Source: Deltaproteobacteria bacterium
Lineage (GTDB): Bacteria > Myxococcota_A > UBA9160 > SMWR01
Length of the DNA: 12,510 nucleotides
Direction of reading: 5' to 3'
Assembly (NCBI GenBank): GCA_032128375.1
Contig: JAQBGU010000019.1
Coordinates: 1-12,510, forward strand
Positions 1 to 7,421 of the stretch are shown here, piece by piece (the stretch's first letter is position 1; the number at the start of each line of letters is the position of its first letter). The notes beneath the pieces are model-generated. The model did no database searches. It was not told the DNA's origin and worked only from the letters and a program-made list of their open reading frames with translations. The position numbers were made by a program, and so were the translations under genes.

Positions 1-69
1 CACGCGCGCGGCCTGTTCGGTGACCTCGGGTCCTATCCCGTCACCGGGCAGCAGCAAGATGCGATTCAT
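1..69 (-). CDS. leuB: 3-isopropylmalate dehydrogenase, N-terminal 23 codons only (runs off the left edge)
   Basis: Not in the ORF track. Manual translation from ATG 69 gives MNRILLLPGDGIGPEVTEQAARV, with the PGDGIGPEV motif of the IPMDH/ICDH family. ATG overlaps the pssA stop (ATGA) and AGGGG lies upstream. leuB is preferred over icd because of the ilvC context. Confidence 0.82.
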   Translation of the reverse strand, partial: MNRILLLPGDGIGPEVTEQAARV

Positions 70-974
70 GTGTTTCCCCTCAAACCTTCATCCGCTTCAT
101 TCGGCTCCTCCACCTCTTCGAGCAATTCCAATTTGCGACCCGTCCTGCGGCGCCAAACCCAACCGATCGGCCCCGACACCACGTAGGCGAGACCGATCAC
201 GAAGAAGGTGACGCCCGGCTCTACGATGATCAGCGCGATCGCAAACACCACGAACACCAGCGCCCCATAGGAATGGCGCAAGTCGAGTTCCTTGAAGCTG
301 CGGTACGGGATCGAACTCACCATCAACAGGCCCAGCACTGCCATACTGCCGGCAATGAACCCTTCGTGCACATTGACCAGGATCCCCGATTCGCGAAGTA
401 GGCTGACGAACCACTGGCTCGACGCGACCATGCCTGCCGCCATCGGGCTCGGCAGTCCCTCGAAGCGGCCCTTGTATCGACCGGGCGCCACATTGAAGCG
501 CGCCAGCCGCAAGGATGCACACGCGGTGAACAAGAACGCCAACACCCAACCCGTGCGGCCGAGCACCTGCAAGTTGCCAGCACTGAAGGCGAGCATTGCG
601 GGGGCCACGGCAAACGAAACTGTGTCGGCGATCGAGTCGTACTCCACCCCAAAGCGGCTGGTGGATTTCGTCAGACGCGCCAGGCGCCCATCGAACGCAT
701 CGCAAAAGCCGGCCAACACGATGCCGAGCGCCGAAAGGTCGGGCTGGTTGTTGAAGGCCTGAACGATCGCGTAGAACCCAAAGAACAAGCCGGCGGTCGT
801 GACGATATGTGGCAACAAGAACAACCCGCGCGGCGGTTCGCCGCGCAGTCGGCGTCCACGGCGACGCCGACGGCGGCGCTGGCCGGCCGTCTCCTGTGGT
901 CGAAAGGCTTCCCCTTGAGACTCTCCCGCTACGGATTCGGAATGTCCGTCCACTGGATGATCGACCGGTGTCAT
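66..974 (-). CDS. pssA: CDP-diacylglycerol--serine O-phosphatidyltransferase (phosphatidylserine synthase, CDP-alcohol phosphotransferase type)
   Basis: Motif DAFDGRLARLTKSTSRFGVEYDSIADTVSF, plus LRLARFN and FEGLPSP, and multiple hydrophobic segments. Follows psd with an ATGA overlap. GGAGG lies ~9 nt upstream of ATG 974. Confidence 0.95.
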   Translation of the reverse strand: MTPVDHPVDGHSESVAGESQGEAFRPQETAGQRRRRRRRGRRLRGEPPRGLFLLPHIVTTAGLFFGFYAIVQAFNNQPDLSALGIVLAGFCDAFDGRLARLTKSTSRFGVEYDSIADTVSFAVAPAMLAFSAGNLQVLGRTGWVLAFLFTACASLRLARFNVAPGRYKGRFEGLPSPMAAGMVASSQWFVSLLRESGILVNVHEGFIAGSMAVLGLLMVSSIPYRSFKELDLRHSYGALVFVVFAIALIIVEPGVTFFVIGLAYVVSGPIGWVWRRRTGRKLELLEEVEEPNEADEGLRGNT

Positions 975-1681
975 GCTTCGTCACCTCCGGACTCGTCGGG
1001 GGGAACTGCCAGTTGCGCGAGGATCGTGGTACCGCCGCGCATCTTCTGGCGCGGCTTCACTTTCGGCTCTGCGTCGAGCGGCAAGATGACATCTGTTCTC
1101 GAACCAAACCGGATCAATCCGTAGCGCTCACCGCGGTTCACCCATTCCCCGATCTGAGGATGGCAGACGATGCGGCGCGCGATCAAACCGGTGATCTGGA
1201 CCACTTGGAAGCGTATCCCACCCGCGGTCTCCAGCGTCATGGCGCAGCGAACGTTCTCGGTTTCGGCACGTCGGTTGAACGCTGCCAGAAACAGCGATCC
1301 GGCGCGCTCGATCCCAATCACGCGACCTCCGAGCGGACTGCGGTTGACGTGCACGTTGAAAACCGACAAGAAGATCCCGATCCGCAGCGCACGGCTGCCG
1401 TCCGGAAGGTCGATCTCGCCGACCTCGATCACGCGCCCGTCAGCCGGCGCGACGACGGTGTTTTCGTCGCCGGGAATCTCGCGGGGCGGGTTGCGAAAGA
1501 AGCACGCGACGAACACCGTCGCACCCATCAACACAAAGCCCAACCCAGTCCAACCGAATGCACCGCACACACCCGCGAGCGCGAGCGGCGCGATGCCCAA
1601 CGTGAACGCGTCGCGCACGATGAACTCGGTCGGTCGTTCCGCGAAGATCGGCTCCGCGGGTTTCGGGTCTGCTTCGCCCAT
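971..1681 (-). CDS. psd: Phosphatidylserine decarboxylase proenzyme (short type)
   Basis: FFRNPPR, VVAPADG, IGIFLSVFNVHVNRSP, QITGLIARRI and the autocleavage motif GLIRFGSRTD. N-terminal hydrophobic hairpin. The start ATG lies inside the 15-bp repeat, so the start is somewhat uncertain. Confidence 0.95.
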   Translation of the reverse strand: MGEADPKPAEPIFAERPTEFIVRDAFTLGIAPLALAGVCGAFGWTGLGFVLMGATVFVACFFRNPPREIPGDENTVVAPADGRVIEVGEIDLPDGSRALRIGIFLSVFNVHVNRSPLGGRVIGIERAGSLFLAAFNRRAETENVRCAMTLETAGGIRFQVVQITGLIARRIVCHPQIGEWVNRGERYGLIRFGSRTDVILPLDAEPKVKPRQKMRGGTTILAQLAVPPDESGGDEA

Positions 1682-1756
1682 TTCTGCTTCGCCTGTGTCT
1701 GCTTCGCCTGTGTCTACTTCACCTGGGGCTGCTTTGCCTGTGCTGCTTTGCCCCGG
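1668..1756. repeat. Degenerate 15-bp tandem repeat (~6 units, consensus TCTGCTTCGCCTGTG) filling the ilvC-psd spacer and overlapping the psd start
   Basis: Units: 1668 tctgcttcgcccatt, 1683 tctgcttcgcctgtg, 1698 tctgcttcgcctgtg, 1713 tctacttcacctggg, 1728 gctgctttgcctgt (14 nt), 1742 gctgctttgccccgg. Confidence 0.9.
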
Positions 1757-2779
1757 TCAGTTCTTTGTGCGGTCGACCAGGCGCTGCTCTTTCAACCATG
1801 GCATCAGGTTGCGCAGCTTGGCACCCACTGCTTCCATCGGATGTTCCTCGCCGCGCTTGCGCAGCGCGCGGAACTGCACGCCTCCCGAGCGATTCTCGAG
1901 TATGAACTCTTTGGCGAACGCGCCCGTCTGAATCTCTTCGAGGATTTCCTTCATCCGCTGCTTGACGCCGGCGTCGATGATGCGCGGCCCGCGTGTGACA
2001 TCGCCGTACTCGGCGGTGTTCGAAACCGAGTAGCGCATGTTCGCGATGCCCCCTTCATAAATCAGATCGACGATCAGCTTGACTTCGTGAATCGTCTCGA
2101 AGTACGCCATCTCTGGCGAGTAGCCGGCTTCTACCAGCGTTTCGTAGCCGGCGGACATCAGCGCAGTCATGCCACCGCACAGCACGGTCTGTTCACCGAA
2201 CAAGTCGGTTTCCGTCTCTTCGCGAAAGTTCGTTTCGATGATTCCCGCACGGCCGGCTCCGATGCCTTTTGCGTAGGCGAGTGCGATCTGTTTGGAGTCA
2301 CCCGTCGGGTCGGCGTGAATTGCGATCAGCGAAGGTACACCGCGACCCTGCTCGTAATTCGATCGAACCGTATGCCCGGGTCCCTTGGGTGCGATCATGA
2401 TGACGTTGATGTCGGCGGCGGGCTGGATCGCGCCGAAATGAATATTGAAACCGTGTGCCACCGCCAGGTAGTTACCCGGTTGAAGGTTCGGCTCGACAGC
2501 TTCGGTGAAGATCTGCGCGGCGGTCTCGTCGGGCAGCGTCAGCATGCAGATGTCGGCTTCGCGAGCCGCGTCGGCCGCCGTCGCGACGCGCAGCCCGGCG
2601 GATTCAGCCTTGGCCCACGAGGGTGAATCCTTCCGCAAACCGACCACGACGTTTACACCAGAGGCCTGCAGGTTCTGGGCGTGGGCGTGCCCCTGGCTTC
2701 CGTACCCAATGACCGCGACGACCTTGCCGTCGAGACGGCCAAGGTCGGCATCTTTGTCGTAGTAGATATTCAGGGCCAT
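1757..2779 (-). CDS. ilvC: Ketol-acid reductoisomerase, class I (340 aa)
   Basis: [71 protein letters not shown]. Start placed at ATG 2779 (AAGGGGAG upstream), not at the ORF-track start 2950. Confidence 0.97.
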   Translation of the reverse strand: MALNIYYDKDADLGRLDGKVVAVIGYGSQGHAHAQNLQASGVNVVVGLRKDSPSWAKAESAGLRVATAADAAREADICMLTLPDETAAQIFTEAVEPNLQPGNYLAVAHGFNIHFGAIQPAADINVIMIAPKGPGHTVRSNYEQGRGVPSLIAIHADPTGDSKQIALAYAKGIGAGRAGIIETNFREETETDLFGEQTVLCGGMTALMSAGYETLVEAGYSPEMAYFETIHEVKLIVDLIYEGGIANMRYSVSNTAEYGDVTRGPRIIDAGVKQRMKEILEEIQTGAFAKEFILENRSGGVQFRALRKRGEEHPMEAVGAKLRNLMPWLKEQRLVDRTKN

Positions 2780-2965
2780 CGGTTCGAGCTCCCCTTGCTC
2801 TGGGATGATTGGGTGGGTTGGAATGTCTTCGATGTCGGTACTGTGCACTGCTTTGCTTTGCCGTGCTCGACTTTGCGGAGCCTGACTCCAGGGGGAGTGG
2901 GCGACGCGACGCGAAATCGCCAAGTGCGCGTGAGGCTGCGAGACCTCCAAGCCCAGGACATCGCG

Positions 2966-2994
2966 AAATTACGCAATGATTTCAGGCGTGTCAA
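2966..2994 (-). promoter_or_regulatory. Sigma70-type promoter for ilvC-psd-pssA-leuB
   Basis: Perfect -35 TTGACA (2994-2989), 17-nt spacer, -10 TAATTT (2971-2966), in an AT-richer patch just after the tsaB stop and pointing at ilvC. Confidence 0.8.
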
Positions 2995-2999
2995 AGAAA

Positions 3000-3695
3000 T
3001 CAGGGATTTTCGAATCGCTCCCCGGTGCGCTTGACCTCAGCCTCGGCGCGACGCAGGTAGCTCGGAACCAGATCCGCGGCCGAGCGGGCATCCCCACGCG
3101 CGAGAATGCGTGCGCCGAGCTTGCCGACACAGCCCGCTGATGGGTCGCCCTCGGGCGACTCCAGCCATTCGACCGCGCCCAGCTGCTCGCGCAGCACGGC
3201 TCCGGCCACGGCGACGCCGTCGCCGACGAGCAGCAGCGGTGCCTTCAGCTTCCCGCAGAGCTCTGCGGGCGTGTACACCCCTTCGGCCAACACCGGCTCG
3301 CCTCCCGCGCCGCCCGCGTAGGCGGCCGCGTACACCTCTCCGCGGCGAGCATCGAGCATGGGCACCAGCGTCGCACGGCTCGGTACAGCTCGCTCGGCCA
3401 GCGCCCTCAACGTCGATACGGCCGCGATCGGACGATCGGTGCCGAATGCCAGGCCCTTCGCGGTGGCGGTCCCCACCCGCAAGCCGGTGAACGAACCCGG
3501 ACCGATCGAAACCGCGAACGCGTCGATCTCTCCCTGGTCGAATCCGGCCTTCGAAAGCAGCCGATCGATACACGGCAGCAACGTTTCCGCTGCGGGTCCC
3601 GTCGCTGCGCGGCACTCCTCGATGAGTTCTTCACCACGCAATAGCGCGACGCTCAGCAGCGAAGTCGCTGTTTCGAGCGCGAGTATCAGCGGCAC
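3000..3695 (-). CDS. tsaB: tRNA threonylcarbamoyladenosine biosynthesis protein TsaB (YeaZ)
   Basis: ILALETAT, AVSIGPGSFTGLRVG, VSTLRALA, LDARRGEVY and C-terminal PSYLRRAEAE. Start uncertain: GTG 3695, or CTG 3713 overlapping the rseP stop. The ORF-track start 3749 lies inside rseP. Confidence 0.93.
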   Translation of the reverse strand: MPLILALETATSLLSVALLRGEELIEECRAATGPAAETLLPCIDRLLSKAGFDQGEIDAFAVSIGPGSFTGLRVGTATAKGLAFGTDRPIAAVSTLRALAERAVPSRATLVPMLDARRGEVYAAAYAGGAGGEPVLAEGVYTPAELCGKLKAPLLLVGDGVAVAGAVLREQLGAVEWLESPEGDPSAGCVGKLGARILARGDARSAADLVPSYLRRAEAEVKRTGERFENP

Positions 3696-3709
3696 GCTCG
3701 AGGACTGGC

Positions 3710-5416
3710 TCAGGAGCCGCCCGCCAGCCAATCGACGACCCTGGACCAATTGCGGGAGATGTCGTTCCAGAACGCGAAGCCCATCAGCACCAGCAACAGC
3801 GTCACGCCGATCTGCTGCACGAACTCGCGCGTGCGAAGCGTCAGCGGGGCTCGTCGCACCCCTTCGACCAAGAAAACCAGCGCTTGGCCACCGTCGAGGA
3901 TCGGAATCGGCAGCAAGTTGATGATGCCCAAGTTGATGCTGATCAGAATCATCGTGTGCAGATAATCCATCCAGCCGCGCTCGAGGGCCTTGCCGGCGAT
4001 TTCCGCGATGCCGATCGGCCCGGAAATCTGGTCGCGCGATACTTCGCCGGTAAACAGCTTGCCCAGACCACGCAAGAACACGCGCGTGATCTCCAGCGAC
4101 AGCCCGGCCGCCCGCGGCACGCTGTCGAAGGGGTTGCGAACTCTTTCGATCCGGGTCTCACCTTCGAGTGTGAGCAGATTGGTACCGACGATACCGATCC
4201 TGTAGCGGTCGACTTCGATCCCGATGCCGGTGACGTCGGTCTTCACGAGCTTCGGCGCCACGGCGACTTGGCTTCGCTCGCCATCGCGCGCGATCTCCAG
4301 CGATAGCGTTCGCCCGCGGCTTTCGAGCACCACCGCAGCGAACGTGTCGAAGCTGCTCATCGTGTTCCCGTCGACCGACAGAATCAGATCGCCGGCCTCG
4401 AGCCCGGCCTCATCGGCGGCAGAATCCGGCGCCACCTCGGCAATCAGGACGTCGGCCCGAAGTATTCCGAGCGAGGCGATATCGGCCGCGGCCGGCACTT
4501 CGATGGTCTGGGTTTGGGCGGTATCGGCTCCACGGCGAATCTCGATTGCGATCTCGGCGCTCGGGCCGGGCTGTTGCGAGGCCGCAGAAAAGCTGCGCTC
4601 CAACGCGTACCAATCGTCCACCGCGATGCCGGCGACCGAAACCACCGTGTCGCCGGTTCGCAGACCTGCCACGTATCCCGGCGCAGTGCGGTCGTCGAGC
4701 CCGATGATCGGGAGCGGTCGGCGGTGATAGATGCCGACCCATCCGACGTCGAGGGCCTCGCCGAACATATCCGTTCGACCGCGCGCAAGCACGTTGACGC
4801 TCGCCGTGGCGTCGTTCTCATCCCTTCGATACCCCAGTTGGATGGGTCCACTGGTGCGCTCGCTCAGGGTCTCGTCTACGTCGCGCCACCAGCTGACAGG
4901 ATGACCATCGATCGAAGTGATGCGATCGCCGGGCTCCAAGCCCGCAATCGCCGCCGCAGAACCCGGCTCGACTTCGCCGATCAGGCTGTCGGCTTGCGGC
5001 AGGCCGACCCACAGGATTCCCGTGAAAATCACCACCGGCAGCAACAGATTCATCGCCGGTCCCGCAAACACGAACGCCAGTTTCTGCCACAGCGGCTTGG
5101 CGCCCAGGGTCTCGCTCGGGTGGGCCTTGACTATTTCATCTTCCGATTCGTCCGGCAACTCGCCGAGCACCTTTACGAAGCCGCCTAGCGGAATCCACGA
5201 CACCACATACTCGGTGTGTCCGCGCTCCCAGCGCATCTTGAATTTTCCGATCCCGACCGGTGGGCCAAAGCCCATCGAGAACTTGAGCACACGCACGCCA
5301 CACGCCTTCGCCACCAAGAAGTGCCCCAGCTCGTGAGCGAAGACCAGCACACCCAACATGCCCACGAACGCAAACGTCCAGCTTCCGGCCGTATACAGCG
5401 AATCCAATCCGGTCAT
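3710..5416 (-). CDS. rseP: RIP metalloprotease RseP (M50 site-2 protease) with three PDZ-like domains
   Basis: HELGH zinc motif, FSMGFGP, IPLGGFVK, AGPAMN, ISGPIGIA and NLLPIPILDGG. Located after dxr. TTG 5407 is an alternative start. Confidence 0.96.
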   Translation of the reverse strand: MTGLDSLYTAGSWTFAFVGMLGVLVFAHELGHFLVAKACGVRVLKFSMGFGPPVGIGKFKMRWERGHTEYVVSWIPLGGFVKVLGELPDESEDEIVKAHPSETLGAKPLWQKLAFVFAGPAMNLLLPVVIFTGILWVGLPQADSLIGEVEPGSAAAIAGLEPGDRITSIDGHPVSWWRDVDETLSERTSGPIQLGYRRDENDATASVNVLARGRTDMFGEALDVGWVGIYHRRPLPIIGLDDRTAPGYVAGLRTGDTVVSVAGIAVDDWYALERSFSAASQQPGPSAEIAIEIRRGADTAQTQTIEVPAAADIASLGILRADVLIAEVAPDSAADEAGLEAGDLILSVDGNTMSSFDTFAAVVLESRGRTLSLEIARDGERSQVAVAPKLVKTDVTGIGIEVDRYRIGIVGTNLLTLEGETRIERVRNPFDSVPRAAGLSLEITRVFLRGLGKLFTGEVSRDQISGPIGIAEIAGKALERGWMDYLHTMILISINLGIINLLPIPILDGGQALVFLVEGVRRAPLTLRTREFVQQIGVTLLLVLMGFAFWNDISRNWSRVVDWLAGGS

Positions 5417-5438
5417 CCTCCGCTCATGAGGTGCTCAT
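5406..5438 (-). repeat. 11-bp periodic triple ATGA (ATGAGCACCTC / ATGAGCGGAGG / ATGACCGGATT) at the dxr-rseP junction, encoding mini-ORFs MSTS* and MSGG*
   Basis: Minus strand reads TCATGAGCACCTCATGAGCGGAGGATGACC, with ATGA at 5438, 5427 and 5416. TCATGAGC is duplicated exactly (5433-5440 and 5422-5429). Confidence 0.75.
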
Positions 5439-6655
5439 GAACTGCTCACGGCGAGCCAATCGATCGCACAGGCGCGCGACCAGGCATCCGCTTCGAGTAC
5501 ATCGTCGAGGTCGCGCAAGCGCCCGCTTCCTCCGTCGACTCCACTTGCCGCGTCGCCCACCCGATGCGCGTGTGAGTTCAATACGGCGCCGTTGGTTTCG
5601 GCGATCTGGGTAAACCGGATGTGTCCCGCCAGGAACGCGGCCACAGCGACTTCGTTTGCGGCGTTGAGGACCGCGGGAGCCGCCTCGGATAGGCGCAGCG
5701 CCTCGTAGGCCAGATCCAAGCACGGGAAGCGCTTGCGATCCGGCACTTCGAAATCGAGTCGCCCGATCGCAGCCAGGTCGAGGCGCGGGACGTCGAGCGC
5801 TATGCGCTCAGGATGCGCGAGCGCGACAACGATCGGCACCCTCATGTCCGGTAGCCCCAGCTGGGCGATCACGCTGCTGTCCTTGAACTCGACGAGCGAG
5901 TGAATGATGGATTGAGGATGCACCACGACGTCGATGCAATCGGGCTGCGTATCGAACAGCCAACGCGCCTCGATGACCTCGAGCCCCTTGTTCATCAATG
6001 TCGCCGAGTCGATGGTGATCTTGGGTCCCATGTCCCAGTTCGGGTGATTCAGCGCCTGTTCGATCGTCGCGTCGGCAATTTCTTCGGCACTCCAGGTCCG
6101 AAATGGGCCGCCCGACGCGGTGAGGATCAAACGCGCGACGTCCTCGGCGCGTTGACCCGCGAGCGCCTGAAAAATCGCACTGTGTTCACTATCGACCGGG
6201 AGCAACGCGACGCTGTGTTGCTGGACCTCGCGCAGCACGAGCGCGCCGGCCATGACCATGACCTCCTTGTTGGCCAGCGCCACATCGCGGCCGGCGCGGA
6301 TCGCCGCCAGCGTCGGTGCCAATCCAACCGCACCCACCAGGCTCGACACCACCAGGTCTGCGGGATGGCGCGCGACCGCATCGAGCCCTTCTTCGCCGAC
6401 GGCGATTTCGACCTCGACCGATCCCAGCAGGTCGCGCAACCTGGCAGCGCCGCCCGGATCTGCGACCGACACCAGAGCGGGGCGAAACTCGAGAATCTGG
6501 GCGGCCAACTTTTCGATGTTGCGTCCCGCCGCCAGCGCCGACACATAGAACCGCTCCGGTTCTGCCCGGGCAACCGCGAGTGTCTGCTCGCCGACCGAGC
6601 CTGTGCTTCCGAGAATCGCCAGCGCCTTTCGCGTGTCGGCGGCTCCGGCGCTCAA
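5435..6655 (-). CDS. dxr: 1-deoxy-D-xylulose 5-phosphate reductoisomerase (MEP pathway)
   Basis: ILGSTGSVG, LANKE, PVDSEHSAIFQ, TASGGPF, HPNWDMGPKITIDSATLMNKGLEVIEA, HPQSIIHS, LNAANEVAV. The TTG start overlaps the uppS stop (TTGA). Confidence 0.97.
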   Translation of the reverse strand: MSAGAADTRKALAILGSTGSVGEQTLAVARAEPERFYVSALAAGRNIEKLAAQILEFRPALVSVADPGGAARLRDLLGSVEVEIAVGEEGLDAVARHPADLVVSSLVGAVGLAPTLAAIRAGRDVALANKEVMVMAGALVLREVQQHSVALLPVDSEHSAIFQALAGQRAEDVARLILTASGGPFRTWSAEEIADATIEQALNHPNWDMGPKITIDSATLMNKGLEVIEARWLFDTQPDCIDVVVHPQSIIHSLVEFKDSSVIAQLGLPDMRVPIVVALAHPERIALDVPRLDLAAIGRLDFEVPDRKRFPCLDLAYEALRLSEAAPAVLNAANEVAVAAFLAGHIRFTQIAETNGAVLNSHAHRVGDAASGVDGGSGRLRDLDDVLEADAWSRACAIDWLAVSSS

Positions 6656-7419
6656 CTCTTGGGCCCGTGGCGACCACTCACCTGCGCGCTCGTCATTCCG
6701 AAGCGACGCTCGCGTCTTTGGTATTCCTGCACGGCCCGTGCGAGGTCAGCCTCGCGAAAGTCCGGCCACATGATCTCAGTCGTATAGATCTCGGTGTACG
6801 CGATCTGCCACAGCAAAAAATTCGATACACGCGATTCTGCACCGGTGCGAATCAACAGGTCGGGGTCCGGAACCTCGGGATCATAGAGATACGCGGCAAA
6901 CATTTTCTCATCGAGCCGCTCTGGGTCGACATTTCCCTGCTCGGCGTCGCGCAGCAGCTTTCGGGCGGCATCCACGATCTCGGCGCGGCCACCGTAGGAC
7001 AGCGCAAATATCAAATGCATCTCGCGGTTGCCGCGCGTGCGCTCGACTGCGGCTGCCACGCCATCGCGAATTCGCGGCGGCAGCCGGTCCGTGCGTCCGA
7101 TGCAACGCAGCTCGATGCCTTTGTCCATGACCTCGTCGATTTCGGTCTCGAGGTAGTGCTCGAGCAACCCCATCAACGATTCGACTTCCGATTTCGGGCG
7201 GCTCCAGTTCTCGATCGAGAACGCGTACAATGTCAGCCACTGAACGCCGAGTTCGTTGGCGCCGCGCACCGCGGCCCGCAGCGATTCGAGCCCCTGCTTG
7301 TGGCCCTCGTTGCGGGAGATTCCGCGCTGTTCCGCCCAGCGGCCGTTGCCATCCATGATGATGGCCACGTGCTGCGGGACGCGCAGCGGGGGTTGTGAGA
7401 TCGGGTCGAATTCTGCCAT
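6652..7419 (-). CDS. uppS: Undecaprenyl/isoprenyl diphosphate synthase (cis-prenyltransferase)
   Basis: PQHVAIIMDGNGRWA, TLYAFSIENWSRP, ALSYGGRAEI, PDLLIRTG-E-RVSNFLLWQIAY, RERRFG. Confidence 0.97.
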   Translation of the reverse strand: MAEFDPISQPPLRVPQHVAIIMDGNGRWAEQRGISRNEGHKQGLESLRAAVRGANELGVQWLTLYAFSIENWSRPKSEVESLMGLLEHYLETEIDEVMDKGIELRCIGRTDRLPPRIRDGVAAAVERTRGNREMHLIFALSYGGRAEIVDAARKLLRDAEQGNVDPERLDEKMFAAYLYDPEVPDPDLLIRTGAESRVSNFLLWQIAYTEIYTTEIMWPDFREADLARAVQEYQRRERRFGMTSAQVSGRHGPKS

Positions 7420-7421
7420 GG

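Noticed and set aside
1757..1759. Selenocysteine UGA at the ilvC end
   Set aside because: IlvC is complete at this point, no catalytic Cys is expected here, and no SECIS-like hairpin is evident downstream.
809..2626. 605-aa plus-strand ORF
   Set aside because: Antisense shadow of psd and ilvC. It is long because those genes share a frame and GC-rich codon usage suppresses antisense stops. No recognisable motifs.
2780..2950. 57-aa N-terminal extension of IlvC in the ORF track
   Set aside because: Family similarity begins at MALNIYYD, which has a strong SD. The upstream part is better read as 5' leader.
2878..2954. tRNA gene (77-nt cloverleaf-like fold)
   Set aside because: No TTC T-loop, no D-loop GG, no 7-nt anticodon loop and no CCA. 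Kept only as a candidate leader structure.
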